Origin: Anaerolineales bacterium
GTDB lineage: Bacteria; Chloroflexota; Anaerolineae; Anaerolineales; UBA11858
Assembly: GCA_024763275.1 (NCBI GenBank)
Contig: JANTFT010000002.1
Span: 6,002 to 70,001, forward strand
Direction of reading: 5' to 3'
DNA length: 64,000 nt
Below, piece by piece: positions 9,938 to 19,938 of the stretch (positions are counted from its first letter, which is position 1; each line of letters starts with the position of its first letter). A model generated the notes under the pieces. It was not told where the DNA came from, did no database searches, and saw only the letters and a list, made by a program, of their open reading frames with translations. The position numbers and the translations under genes are program-made.

Positions 9938-10001
9938 ATTAGACAGTCAACTCTCACCGCTGATAATAGTCGGCTGAGAGTAAATTAGAAGGAATTGCAA
10001 G

Positions 10002-11642
10002 ATGAGTAAAAACAAATTAAGAATAATTCCCCTGGGAGGACTGGGGGAAGTCGGAAAGAACATGATGGTCTATGAGTACGGGAACAACATTCTCGTGGTC
10101 GATGCCGGATTGATGTTTCCAGACAACGAAATGCTGGGAATTGACTATATCATCCCCGATTTCGAATATCTCAAAGAAAGGAAGGACCAGGTCAGGGGTA
10201 TAGTCATCACCCACGGCCACATGGATCATGTCGGGGCACTGGGACACGTCCTTGAGGAGCTGAACGTTCCTCTTTATGCCACCCCACTCACCAAAGGTTT
10301 GATCGAGGTCAGCCTTTCGGAGAAGGGCCTGTTGGACAAGACCACAATCAAAACAGTCCATGCTGGCGAGTCAGTTAAAATCGGTCCCTTTGAAGTGGAA
10401 TTCTTCCACGTCTGCCACTCCATACCCGACAGCGTCGGGCTGGGAATCACCTGCCCGGATGGCCTGGTTGTGCACACTGGAGATTACAAATTCGACTCCA
10501 CGCCGGTGGACGGTTGGCCAACAGATTTCTCCAAACTGGCGGAGTTTGCCGGCCGGGGCGTGCTGGCCCTGCTGGCGGATTCCACCAACGCCGATAAACC
10601 CGGCTGGACCCCCTCTGAAATGGTCATCAACGACTCTCTGGACAAGGTCTTCCGCTCCGCCCCCGGACGTATCATCGTGGCCTCCTTCGCTTCACTGGTA
10701 TCACGGATGCAGCAGGTCATCGACACAGCCGATCGATACGGCAGGAAGGTGGCCTTTGTGGGCTACAGCATGAAGCAGAACTCCAAGATGGCCAAGAAGC
10801 TGGGCTATCTTGATTTTCCGTCTGACATTGAGGTCGGTATTGACGAGGCCCTGAATATGAAGCCTAAAGACGTGGTGCTGATGGCCACCGGCTCCCAGGG
10901 CGAACCCTACTCGGTCATGGGCAGACTGGCCAGAGGAACAAATAAAAAGTTCGAGCTGATCAAGGATGACACCATTGTGCTCTCTTCCCACGCCATTCCC
11001 GGGAACGAGGAATCGGTCTTCAAGACCATCAATTCCCTCTTCCGGAGAGGTGCCAACGTGGTCTACGAGCCCCTGGCAGGCGGCGTGCACGTCTCGGGCC
11101 ATGCCAACCAGGATGAGATGAAGCTGATGTTGAACATGGTCAGCCCCAAATATCTGATCCCCATCCACGGGGAACTACGCCACCTCAAACAGCATGCCAT
11201 CCTGGCAGAGGAAACCGGCTTCCCGGCGGACAATGTACTGGTAATCGAGAACGGCCATGTAATTGAGTTTGAAGACGGCGAACTGGTGATCAAAGACCGC
11301 ATTCCGGGCAGCTACGTGTTCGTGGACGGCTCGCGGGTGGGTGAGATCGGACCCTCGGTCGTCAAGGAGCGGGAACAGCTTTCCCAGGACGGCGTGGTGC
11401 TGATCAGCCTGGTCCTGGACAGCAAGGGCAAACTGCACGAAGAGCCGGAGATCATTTCCCGCGGATTTGTATTCAAACACGGCGAAGACGACGTCATTGA
11501 GGAAACCCGCCAGAAAGTGATGGAAATCGTTGAAAAATCCCCCGGGGATCTGCACAGCCAGGTAGTACAATCCGTCCGATCGTTCCTGTACAGCAAGACC
11601 AAGAAACGGCCGGTGGTATTGATGGCCATGAGCTGGATCTAA
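10002..11642 (+). CDS. rnj: Ribonuclease J (beta-CASP metallo-beta-lactamase RNase)
   Basis: 546 aa: LRIIPLGGLGEVGKNM...ITHGHMDHVGAL...beta-CASP and C-terminal domain layout. Confidence 0.92.
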   Translation: MSKNKLRIIPLGGLGEVGKNMMVYEYGNNILVVDAGLMFPDNEMLGIDYIIPDFEYLKERKDQVRGIVITHGHMDHVGALGHVLEELNVPLYATPLTKGLIEVSLSEKGLLDKTTIKTVHAGESVKIGPFEVEFFHVCHSIPDSVGLGITCPDGLVVHTGDYKFDSTPVDGWPTDFSKLAEFAGRGVLALLADSTNADKPGWTPSEMVINDSLDKVFRSAPGRIIVASFASLVSRMQQVIDTADRYGRKVAFVGYSMKQNSKMAKKLGYLDFPSDIEVGIDEALNMKPKDVVLMATGSQGEPYSVMGRLARGTNKKFELIKDDTIVLSSHAIPGNEESVFKTINSLFRRGANVVYEPLAGGVHVSGHANQDEMKLMLNMVSPKYLIPIHGELRHLKQHAILAEETGFPADNVLVIENGHVIEFEDGELVIKDRIPGSYVFVDGSRVGEIGPSVVKEREQLSQDGVVLISLVLDSKGKLHEEPEIISRGFVFKHGEDDVIEETRQKVMEIVEKSPGDLHSQVVQSVRSFLYSKTKKRPVVLMAMSWI

Positions 11643-11665
11643 AGCTCCCCTACAATCGTTTTACG

Positions 11666-11697
11666 AAAAAGGCGGTCCTATTGGCCGCTTTTTTTTT
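11666..11697. terminator. Bidirectional terminator between rnj and pcm
   Basis: GCGGTC-ctatt-GGCCGC is flanked by AAAAA upstream and T9 downstream. It sits between convergent genes. Confidence 0.5.
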
Positions 11698-11707
11698 GTA
11701 CATCCTA

Positions 11708-12349
11708 CTAGCCGTGTTCTCCGATCAGGGGCACAAAAGCGACCGGTGTCAGATCCTCCCGCCGGATCTCCCCGCCTTCGCGCCGGTAAAGCTGGAGCAG
11801 CTGCCCCCCCCGTCCTCCAACGGGCATGATCAGCCTGCCTCCCTCTGCCAGCTGGTCCAGGAGCGGCGGGGGTACTAAGGGGGCAGCAGCGGTGACTATC
11901 ACTGCTTGAAAGGGGGCCTGCTCGGGCAGGCCCTGAGTGCCGTCACCCTGGTGGATGATGATGTTGTCATAGCCCAGCCCTTCCAGCACCCGGCCAGCGA
12001 GCTCGGCCAGCTCAGGGTGCCTTTCAATGGTGTGGACTTCACTGGCCAGCAAGCTGAGAATAGCCGCCTGGTAGCCGGAGCCAGTGCCTATCTCCAACAC
12101 CTTCTCATCGCCCTGTAAAGCAAGCTTGTCGGTCATATAGGCAACGATATAGGGCTGGGAAATGGTCTGCCCCAGGCCGATGGATAGGGGGCCATCCTGA
12201 TAGGCGTAAACCCTCTGTTCGGGGGGCACGAATAAATGGCGGGGGACCTCCAGAAAGGCTTCCAGGACACGCGGGGAGGTGATCCCCCGGGCAGCAATCT
12301 GCCTTTCCACCATCCGCCTGCGGGCGGATTCAAAGTCAATTGTGCTCAC
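11708..12349 (-). CDS. pcm: Protein-L-isoaspartate O-methyltransferase
   Basis: RRRMVERQIAARGI...VPRHLFVP...VLEIGTGSGYQAA. The start is ambiguous (GTG 12349, ATG 12313 or the track start 12394). Confidence 0.85.
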   Translation of the reverse strand: MSTIDFESARRRMVERQIAARGITSPRVLEAFLEVPRHLFVPPEQRVYAYQDGPLSIGLGQTISQPYIVAYMTDKLALQGDEKVLEIGTGSGYQAAILSLLASEVHTIERHPELAELAGRVLEGLGYDNIIIHQGDGTQGLPEQAPFQAVIVTAAAPLVPPPLLDQLAEGGRLIMPVGGRGGQLLQLYRREGGEIRREDLTPVAFVPLIGEHG

Positions 12350-12366
12350 AGGTCCATCCAGACAGT

Positions 12367-13416
12367 TCAGTTCAACAGGTAAGCCATGACCCATTGGGAG
12401 GTGGCCAGCAGCGCTTCGAGATGGGTGCGTTCATAATTATGGGAAGCGTCCACTCCCGGTCCGATCAGTGCCACCGCTACGTCACCGCCGGCCCGCCAGT
12501 AGGCTTCACCGTCGGAGCCGTAATGGGGATAGATATCCACCCGGTAAGGAACCTCGTATTCATCCGCCAGGGAGCGCAGCCGCTGGCTGAGGTCGTGGTG
12601 GTAAGGGCCGCCGGAGTCTTTGACGCACAGCGTGGCGTGAAATTCATCGGAGGTTTGACCGTCCCCAACAGCGGCCATGTCCACGGCCACCAGCTCTCTG
12701 ATCCCCTCCGGCAGGCCGGCCGCTGCCCCGTGCCCAACCTCTTCGTAATTGCTGAAATGAAAGACTGTGTCCTGGACCGGCTGCAGGCCGGCGTCCTGCA
12801 GGGATTGAATGGCAGCCAGCAGGCAGGCAACGCCCGCTTTATCGTCCAGATGGCGGGAGCGCACAAATCCCTGGTTGATCTCCATCCGGGGATCGAAAGC
12901 CACGAAATCACCCACTTTGACCCCGGCCTGGCGGGTTTCCTCAGCGGAGCTGGAAACCAGGTCCAGGCGCACTTCCAGGGTATCCTCATTTCTCTCCGTG
13001 CCGCTGACATCCTTGCCGTAGACATGCCCGGAGGACTTGTGGAGCAGGATGCTTCCCCGGACGGGTTCCCCTCCGCTGGCCAGCACGGTGCAGCCTTCCC
13101 CTTCGATGGTATTCCAGGCGTAACTCCCTAGCTGACTCAGCTTCAGGCGGCCATTGCTTTTGATCTCCTTGACCATCGCGCCCAGGGTGTCGACGTGGGC
13201 GGTCAGGGCCCGCGGGGAGGTTTTTAGATCACCCGTCCAGCTGGCGATCAGGGCGCCCTTGACGCTGCGGTGGTAGCTGAACCCCGGCAAATTCTCCAGC
13301 TTCCCCTCCAGGAAGGAAATCGCTCCTTCTGTATAACCAGTAGGGCTGGGTATGGACAACAATTCTTGCAGAGTATCCAGCAGATATTCCCGGTCGATTT
13401 GCGGCAGTTTTTTCAT
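12367..13416 (-). CDS. M42 family metallopeptidase (FrvX/YsdC-like aminopeptidase)
   Basis: 349 aa: LSIPSPTGYTEG...HVDTLGAMVKEI...RHLDDKAGVA...EEVGHGAA...DxxH motif layout typical of M42. Confidence 0.8.
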   Translation of the reverse strand: MKKLPQIDREYLLDTLQELLSIPSPTGYTEGAISFLEGKLENLPGFSYHRSVKGALIASWTGDLKTSPRALTAHVDTLGAMVKEIKSNGRLKLSQLGSYAWNTIEGEGCTVLASGGEPVRGSILLHKSSGHVYGKDVSGTERNEDTLEVRLDLVSSSAEETRQAGVKVGDFVAFDPRMEINQGFVRSRHLDDKAGVACLLAAIQSLQDAGLQPVQDTVFHFSNYEEVGHGAAAGLPEGIRELVAVDMAAVGDGQTSDEFHATLCVKDSGGPYHHDLSQRLRSLADEYEVPYRVDIYPHYGSDGEAYWRAGGDVAVALIGPGVDASHNYERTHLEALLATSQWVMAYLLN

Positions 13417-13430
13417 AGGTCACCTTGATG

Positions 13431-13898
13431 TCAGGTAATTCCCTCAAAGGATTGGATGGCTTCCCGCCAGGAAGATTGCAGGGGAATGGTCCTGGCGCTC
13501 CGGTAGTCATAGGCTACCTGAACCGTTCTTGCTTCTCCGAAAACCTGCTCTCCCCCGCGCTCGCGGATGAGATATTCCATATCCAGGCTTTTATTTCCCA
13601 ACCGGGAGACGCGTACTCCCACTTCCACCTGATCGGTCAGCTGGATGGGAGCTTTGTAATCCAGCTCAATCCGGGCCAGGATAAAGCCGATCCCCAGAAA
13701 TGACTTGCCGTCCCATAAATCCAGATGTCGAATATAGTTGACCCGGGCATGCTCAAGATAAGTCACAAAGGCGGCGTTGTTGACGTGGCCCTGAGGATCG
13801 AGATCACCGTAGCGCACATCAATGGGCTGGAAAAAGCGGAAAACGGACATGAATTCATTATACTTGATGAGGGTTAGAAATTCCTGATTGACAGGCAA
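13431..13898 (-). CDS. Acyl-CoA thioesterase, 4HBT/YbgC hot-dog family
   Basis: VRYGDLDPQGHVNNAAFVTYLEHAR is the hot-dog signature. The TTG start at 13898 is preceded by AAGGAGG with a 5-nt spacer. Confidence 0.75.
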   Translation of the reverse strand: MPVNQEFLTLIKYNEFMSVFRFFQPIDVRYGDLDPQGHVNNAAFVTYLEHARVNYIRHLDLWDGKSFLGIGFILARIELDYKAPIQLTDQVEVGVRVSRLGNKSLDMEYLIRERGGEQVFGEARTVQVAYDYRSARTIPLQSSWREAIQSFEGIT

Positions 13899-14120
13899 CT
13901 TTTCCTCCTTTACACTTAAAGCAACACCAGCGCCTCACATCCAGCTGGCAACAATAGTTGGTGTTCTTCTACCCTGCAGATCCTCATCTATACAGTTTCC
14001 CCCCCTTTTTTTTACAACTTTCATCAGTTCCAGAGAAGTGGTTTCCCACATTTGATTGAAGTCACACCGTCAGAATGGGTTCTTCTTTATAACCTAATTC
14101 ACAAGGAGGAAAAAACGCTG

Positions 14121-15434
14121 ATGAACAAAAAGACCCTTGCCGTGCTCATAACAATCCTGATCGCACTAACGACTCTAGCAAGCTCCTGTTTTGATTTTGT
14201 CAAGCCAAACAGCGGGGACGACGCAATAGATCTTGTTGACGATGTGATTGATGATAGCAATCAGGACGATCAGCAAGCAGACGAAAACAATACTGACCTC
14301 GATCAAGCCCCCCCAGAAGAAGGCCCGGAGGATTGGTACAAGCCCCAGGTGCCATTTGCAGAGCAGTACGACGATCCCAGGCTGGGTTCACTGGATTGGG
14401 CTTTTAACATGCTCTATCCAACCGCTATGTCTGACGACCGGGCTAAGGTTGTGTTTACAGTAGACCCCCAAACAGGTAAATTGATCTATTCAATAGAGGG
14501 TCAGGAACCGGGCCTGTACCTACCTCAAGTGGACCTGATAGGTTGGGGTGATTTTACGCTGCAATACAACAGCGGTTGGTCCGGCCCGCCTCCCGACGTG
14601 GTTTTCCCCTGCGATCAGGATATCAACATTCTTCCTCCTGGCCAGGATTGGTTTACCATCTGCCCAGAGGGCGCTGCGGCCAGCACTGCGGACAGCTGGC
14701 ATGTCGTTTACTCGGTCTTTGACGCGCCTATCCCCTGGGATGACGCAGACCATATCTATACCTACGCAGCTGTATTTGACGCCGATGGGATGCCTGACAA
14801 CAATTTCCAGTATATGGAACCCTACAACTGGGATTACTGGCAGAATACCGATCAGTGGTACATTTTAGATTACCGAAATGAGAGCCCTGATGGAGGTCCG
14901 CCCTGGATGGTTTCTGTTCAGGGCCCAAACTGGGAGCCTATTGAATCCAATGCGCGGGCAGTGGTCTACGATAATTCCCTGCTCTGGATCATCCCAGCGG
15001 ATGATTTCTCCGTTCTCACGCCCGGTGTCAGAGTCAGCTCCTTTGGTTCTACAGGTGGCTGGGACCCCGCCGATGTGGGTGGGGACGTAAACGGAAATGA
15101 TCCGACTGAGACTTTAACCCCTCTGTCCAGCGACCCCATCTATGTCGTGGATCCACCATACACCCTGGCCGGTGTTGTCCTGGATGATGATTGGGAGATT
15201 TGCGGACCCGGGCTGTGCAAATATAACGAGGGCATCGCCGAATCTCAAAAGACATTCGTCTGGTGCACAGATCCAGATGATGGATGTTCAGATGCGGGAG
15301 GAGAATGCAGCTTGTTCAGCCGGGTGAAGGAGGATTCCCCCCAGGATCCAGCCTCCTGGACCTACATTGCTGGATCGAATGAGAAGATGCAAAAAGATTG
15401 GGATTATGCTTACCATTGTTTCTGCGTCAAATAA
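14121..15434 (+). CDS. Lipoprotein of unknown function (paralog A) with a Cys-rich C-terminal extension
   Basis: SD AAGGAGG precedes the ATG at 14121. MNKKTLAVLITILIALTTLASSC is a signal peptide plus lipobox, followed by an acidic linker. It shares a conserved domain with the next gene. Confidence 0.8.
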   Translation: MNKKTLAVLITILIALTTLASSCFDFVKPNSGDDAIDLVDDVIDDSNQDDQQADENNTDLDQAPPEEGPEDWYKPQVPFAEQYDDPRLGSLDWAFNMLYPTAMSDDRAKVVFTVDPQTGKLIYSIEGQEPGLYLPQVDLIGWGDFTLQYNSGWSGPPPDVVFPCDQDINILPPGQDWFTICPEGAAASTADSWHVVYSVFDAPIPWDDADHIYTYAAVFDADGMPDNNFQYMEPYNWDYWQNTDQWYILDYRNESPDGGPPWMVSVQGPNWEPIESNARAVVYDNSLLWIIPADDFSVLTPGVRVSSFGSTGGWDPADVGGDVNGNDPTETLTPLSSDPIYVVDPPYTLAGVVLDDDWEICGPGLCKYNEGIAESQKTFVWCTDPDDGCSDAGGECSLFSRVKEDSPQDPASWTYIAGSNEKMQKDWDYAYHCFCVK

Positions 15435-15547
15435 TCAAATCTGGATATTTCGGTGGAATTGGGTATTCAAATCCGATTCCACCGAATGTCTGTCTTCAAT
15501 ATGTATTTCTAAAAAGAATTCAATCGAAGAAAGATGGAAATAAGATC

Positions 15548-16486
15548 ATGAAAAAAAAACTGATGATATTGATACTCGTGATTGGATTATTGATTATTCT
15601 TCCAGGTATTGGATGCAGCAGTGGGCCAAAGAAAGATGCGGGAGATCAAATTATTGACGATTTGATCTCCGTATCCCAAAAGACCTCCACAGCTCAAGCC
15701 AAGGCCTCGGAAACAGAACCAACCCCAATTCCAACACCCCGCTATGATCCCTTCCAGGTCATCCTGGATTACGGTGGCTTTAACGATGAGTTGAAAGAAT
15801 ATATCCTTGATCTGGCATACATGGACCCCCACGCAGACTGGATCTACAGCATGGCAGGGATGATCGTCTCGGAAGAGATGGCGGAAACAGATATTCTCTT
15901 TCATACACAACTGTTCTTGATACTTGCAGGATCCCAAATTGAAGCCTTTTTTGGAAACACTCTCTTCCCTTGCGGGGAAGACATCGAAGGTGGCTTTGTA
16001 GTCTGCTCGTACGATCCTTTACCAATGGAGCCCGGAGGGATCTATCTTGTCTTGATGAAATTAGCAGAACCTGTTCCAACTTCCAGCTCGGAGCGGTTCT
16101 ATACCTACTCGGTCGTTTTTGATGCAGATGGTGACGAAAGTAATAACTTCCAATTCAACCCTCCTTACGACTGGGATTTTTTCCAGAACACAGACCGCTG
16201 GTATATGCTGGATTACGCACCAACAACTGGGTGGATGTTGAATGTAAACGATATTGTCAGTGGTGAGTTTGGAGCTCCATCAGCAACCCGTGCAGTTGTG
16301 ATGGGTGATATTGTGGCCTTCTTCATCCCCGCTTCGGAATTCTCTGTTGACTCACCGGGGTACAGAGTCACTGCGTTCGGCCATGACGGCACCTACGCAC
16401 CAGAAACTTCTTGTGGCGATGTCAGTGGCTCGGACCCAACAGAACCGCTACTGCATTTCGAAGGGGATCTGATCACCTTAGAATAG
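15548..16486 (+). CDS. Lipoprotein of unknown function (paralog B)
   Basis: The ATG at 15548 gives MKKKLMILILVIGLLIILPGIGCSS (lipobox). It shares YTY..VFDADG..NNFQ..PY.WD..QNTD.WY.LDY and RAVV....FIPA.EFSV..PG.RV..FG with paralog A. Confidence 0.8.
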   Translation: MKKKLMILILVIGLLIILPGIGCSSGPKKDAGDQIIDDLISVSQKTSTAQAKASETEPTPIPTPRYDPFQVILDYGGFNDELKEYILDLAYMDPHADWIYSMAGMIVSEEMAETDILFHTQLFLILAGSQIEAFFGNTLFPCGEDIEGGFVVCSYDPLPMEPGGIYLVLMKLAEPVPTSSSERFYTYSVVFDADGDESNNFQFNPPYDWDFFQNTDRWYMLDYAPTTGWMLNVNDIVSGEFGAPSATRAVVMGDIVAFFIPASEFSVDSPGYRVTAFGHDGTYAPETSCGDVSGSDPTEPLLHFEGDLITLE

Positions 16487-16513
16487 AAATCGATATCCCA
16501 GCATTGAATATAT

Positions 16514-16554
16514 CAGAGGGCTTCAGATTGCAACTGAAGCCCTCTGGTTTTCTT
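16514..16554 (+). terminator. Intrinsic terminator after lipoprotein B
   Basis: CAGAGGGCTTCAG-attgcaa-CTGAAGCCCTCTG followed by GTTTTCTT. Confidence 0.75.
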
Positions 16555-16652
16555 AGAATGTCATATAAACGGGGTGCTGGCGCTGAAAGGAGGACTTCCA
16601 GCGAGTATAATGTTCTGCTGTTATCAAGTCCTTATCGAACGCTCGGTGCTAT

Positions 16653-17567
16653 ATGGAAATTTTCAGCAGTCTGCTCACCATCCTGATCATCGTCACCCTG
16701 GGTATTATCAGCAGGAAAATCGGCATTTTTAAGCCGGAGCACGCCAAGACCCTGTCATCCTTTGTGTACTATTTTGGCCTGCCTGCCCTGTTCTTTGACA
16801 AGATCTCTCACCTGGACCTGTATGCGCTGGATCCCCAGCTGATTATTGGCACCATTCTGCCGAGCCTGATCATCCTGGCTGGACTGCTGTTCCTCTATCA
16901 GGTCAGCCTGCTGAAAAAGGACACCTATATTCTGCTCAGCCTTTCCATCAGCCTGGGCAGCTATGCCTTTTTTGGAGTGGCCTTCTTTGAGACCTTTCAG
17001 AATGGAAGATGGCTGGCAACCTCCATCTTGGCCGCTTCCCTGCTGGGCATACTGGGAATCGTCAGCACCTTGAGCCTGCTGGAATATGCCAACCGGAAAA
17101 ATCGGCGCGGCGGATTCCTGGGAAAGATATTTTCCAATCCATTGATCCTCGCCATCCTGCTGGGCGGGATCAGCTCCCTGACCGGCATCAGGCTGGATTT
17201 TCTGAGCAACGCTCTGAGCCTGGTAGGTCAAACAGCCAGCGCAATTGCTATTTTTGTGCTGGGTATCTTCATCTTCGATCATTTTTCGCTGGAAACTTTG
17301 CGGGAGGCCCTGCCTTATTCCCTGTTCCGCCTGATAGCGCTCCCTTTGATCGCCTGGTTGACCATCCTGGTTTTCCTGCCAGGAGGGGCTGAGCTGAGCC
17401 AGTTCCTGCTGCTGGAGAACAGTATGCCAGCCGCTATCGCTTTGGTTGTATTCGCGGAAAGGTATGATTACAGGGTGGCCGAGACCGCCGGTCTGGTTAT
17501 CCTGACCTCGATCCTCAGCTTTGGAGGACTGACCGCTATCTATTATCTATCCCGATTGGGTTTCTGA
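16653..17567 (+). CDS. AEC (auxin efflux carrier) family transporter
   Basis: 304 aa with about 10 TM helices. The N-terminal ILTILIIVTLGIISRKIGIF pattern is typical of AEC permeases. Confidence 0.75.
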   Translation: MEIFSSLLTILIIVTLGIISRKIGIFKPEHAKTLSSFVYYFGLPALFFDKISHLDLYALDPQLIIGTILPSLIILAGLLFLYQVSLLKKDTYILLSLSISLGSYAFFGVAFFETFQNGRWLATSILAASLLGILGIVSTLSLLEYANRKNRRGGFLGKIFSNPLILAILLGGISSLTGIRLDFLSNALSLVGQTASAIAIFVLGIFIFDHFSLETLREALPYSLFRLIALPLIAWLTILVFLPGGAELSQFLLLENSMPAAIALVVFAERYDYRVAETAGLVILTSILSFGGLTAIYYLSRLGF

Positions 17568-17586
17568 AAGAGAATCCCTTCCCCGG

Positions 17587-18318
17587 CTAGACCTCATCCC
17601 AGGAAGCCATTTCCCAGGGATAATCCGCCACTTCCCGAGCTTTTTCCCTCACAGCCGGATCGCTGGAGAACTTGCCCCGCAGATGGTCAGGCAGCAGCAG
17701 GGCGATTTCCTTCATGATCCGCTCGCCCAATTCATCCAGCTGGCGGCGGCGTTCTCTCCCCCTGCCCGTGACCTGCAGAGGGCCGTAGGGTTTCCCGATC
17801 CGGATGGTAATTTTGCTTTGGTTCTTCAAGCGCAGGGGAAAAGCGGATCTAAATCCTGTGAATCCGACCGGCAGGATGCGCGCTTTGGTCCGGGAAGCCA
17901 GATAAGCAGCTCCCGGCCGGGCCGGACGGATCATTTCTGCCCAGGCTCCCCCTTCTGGGAAAATGCCGAAAAAGCCCCTCTGCCGGAGGACATTTTCCGC
18001 ATCCCGGATAGCCTTGCGGGAACCTGTCCCTCGATAGACGTACAGCACACCCCATAAACTGGGCAGCAGCTTGGCCCAACCAGGCGTAAATGCTGGATTT
18101 GCTCCTGTAAACATCTCAATCGACGGGGGCGCGACATGCAGCATGGCAATGGAGTCGGCGAAGCTGAAGTGATTGCCGGTCACGATCAGCGGACCTTCGT
18201 CAGGGATGTTCTCAGCCCCAATGACCTCTAACTCCGAGAAGGTGTGCAGCGCGATTGAGATCACACCCTTTAATACGGATCGGATGAAAAGTCTGCGGGG
18301 AACCTTGATGTCTGACAT
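17587..18318 (-). CDS. plsC: Lysophospholipid (1-acyl-sn-glycerol-3-phosphate) acyltransferase
   Basis: HX4D motif (GNHFSFAD) and FPEGG motif. Confidence 0.8.
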   Translation of the reverse strand: MSDIKVPRRLFIRSVLKGVISIALHTFSELEVIGAENIPDEGPLIVTGNHFSFADSIAMLHVAPPSIEMFTGANPAFTPGWAKLLPSLWGVLYVYRGTGSRKAIRDAENVLRQRGFFGIFPEGGAWAEMIRPARPGAAYLASRTKARILPVGFTGFRSAFPLRLKNQSKITIRIGKPYGPLQVTGRGRERRRQLDELGERIMKEIALLLPDHLRGKFSSDPAVREKAREVADYPWEMASWDEV

Positions 18319-18398
18319 GAAGTGCTCCTTTTCCTACCTTCCGGTATTAATGGATTCCAGAAGGTGCTCGAACCTGGCTGACAAACCAGCCTGACGTA

Positions 18399-19934
18399 CT
18401 ATTCTATCAAAGAACCCGGCAGTGGATAAGTGTAAAGGGTGTTGCGGTCCCGGTCTGGATAATAATAGAGGATGTTCCGCTGATCCTGGTAGAAATCTGC
18501 CAGTTTCCGGTCAGTATGGGGGTTAATACTCCAGGCGAAGATCAGGGGCGAGTCCAGCTGCGGAGATTCCAGGACCAGCAAGCTCCCATAGGGCATCCAG
18601 TGCTTTGAATCAACGATCACCAGTGCAGGCTGATATTCCTCCACCACTTGAGATTCAAAGGGCAGCAGATCGGCTTTCTCAATTCCATAGAGCCCCTTCA
18701 AACCCCCCAGACGGGAAGGCAGGTAATAATAGAAATTAACGAATAACAGCAGGCCAAGGACCAGGACAATCAGCGGAGCTCGGCCCCTGGTCAGAGGCCC
18801 AGCACCAGCCTCATTCCCATCAGGTAATTTGATCCAGCCGGCCAGCCAGCTGATGCCTGCTGCAGATAGCAGGACCAAGCCAGGGAGAGCCTCAAAATAG
18901 TAGCGGGGACCATACAACCAGGAGCTCACCCAATACCCCAGGTAAAGGAGGATCAGGGAAATCGTGATCCCGGTCGAATAATAGGACAGGCGGGACTTAC
19001 GGGCTGCCCACAATCCAAAGGGCAGGAAGATCCAGGATATCTTCGGCCAGCCAAACATATCGCTGGCAGCTACCCGCAGGCTGTAGCGGGTATTCCTCCA
19101 TCCCTGGGACAGGCTGTGCCCACTTTCAGTGACACCGAAGCCTTTCCCAAAGCCAAATTTATCATAAGGCCACCACAAGGTATAGGGATTGGTGGTAAAG
19201 CTGCCGGTCACTGCCCGCTGCCAAACTGGATAGAGACTCAACAGCAGAAGGGTAATCCCTCCCGCGATCACGACCTGCCTGCGCTTCCAGCCCGGTCCCC
19301 GGTACAGGATCACCAGTCCCTCGAGGAAGAAAGGGACTGCCAGGGCCAGTGCAGTAAGCGGTCGGGTCAATCCCAGCAGTCCCAGACTTGCACCGGCAAT
19401 GAGTGAGGGATTTAGTCTGGCCTTTTCCTTTCTGTCCTCCAGTCCAGCGACCCAGAACAGGATGAAAATCAGCGCCAGGACCAAACTCCACAGGTGAGAC
19501 AGCAGTGAACCTGCCAGGATCAAGAAAACCGGTGAGGTTCCCAGCAACAAGGCTCCTAAAAAAGCGGTCTGCTCCCCGAGACTGCGCTTACCTAGCTGGT
19601 AGGTCAGCCAGATGGCCAGCCCGGCCAGCAGAGGGTTGATCACAGCCGGCCAGCCAACCCGGACGCCCAGTGAGAGGATCGCTGGCCAGCCCGGAGGGTA
19701 TTTTGCGAAGCGCTGTCCATGGTAATCGACCACAAAGGGTACCAGGAAGCTCTTGGAAAATTCAGGGGTTGGTAGGCTGAGGTTTCCCCCGGCCAGAACC
19801 CTGGCCTGCCAGAGATAGGCGAACTCATCTTCCAGATGGGGTAGATTTTCGAAGACCAGCCAGCCAACCAGGGCGGCTGCCAGGATCACAGCCACACAAA
19901 GAATCAGCGCCAGGCGGTCCCAGATTGAGCGCAT
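18399..19934 (-). CDS. GT39/ArnT-like polytopic glycosyltransferase (PMT_2-like)
   Basis: 511 aa with more than 10 TM helices. It has an N-terminal loop with a DE motif (LEDEFAYLWQA) and a soluble C-terminal domain. Confidence 0.65.
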   Translation of the reverse strand: MRSIWDRLALILCVAVILAAALVGWLVFENLPHLEDEFAYLWQARVLAGGNLSLPTPEFSKSFLVPFVVDYHGQRFAKYPPGWPAILSLGVRVGWPAVINPLLAGLAIWLTYQLGKRSLGEQTAFLGALLLGTSPVFLILAGSLLSHLWSLVLALIFILFWVAGLEDRKEKARLNPSLIAGASLGLLGLTRPLTALALAVPFFLEGLVILYRGPGWKRRQVVIAGGITLLLLSLYPVWQRAVTGSFTTNPYTLWWPYDKFGFGKGFGVTESGHSLSQGWRNTRYSLRVAASDMFGWPKISWIFLPFGLWAARKSRLSYYSTGITISLILLYLGYWVSSWLYGPRYYFEALPGLVLLSAAGISWLAGWIKLPDGNEAGAGPLTRGRAPLIVLVLGLLLFVNFYYYLPSRLGGLKGLYGIEKADLLPFESQVVEEYQPALVIVDSKHWMPYGSLLVLESPQLDSPLIFAWSINPHTDRKLADFYQDQRNILYYYPDRDRNTLYTYPLPGSLIE

Positions 19935-19938
19935 AAAG

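Noticed and set aside
15551-15559. A9 run right after the ATG of lipoprotein B, considered as a phase-variation tract.
   Set aside because: It simply encodes KKK of the signal-peptide n-region. There is no alternative frame with coding potential and no population data, so nothing supports switching.
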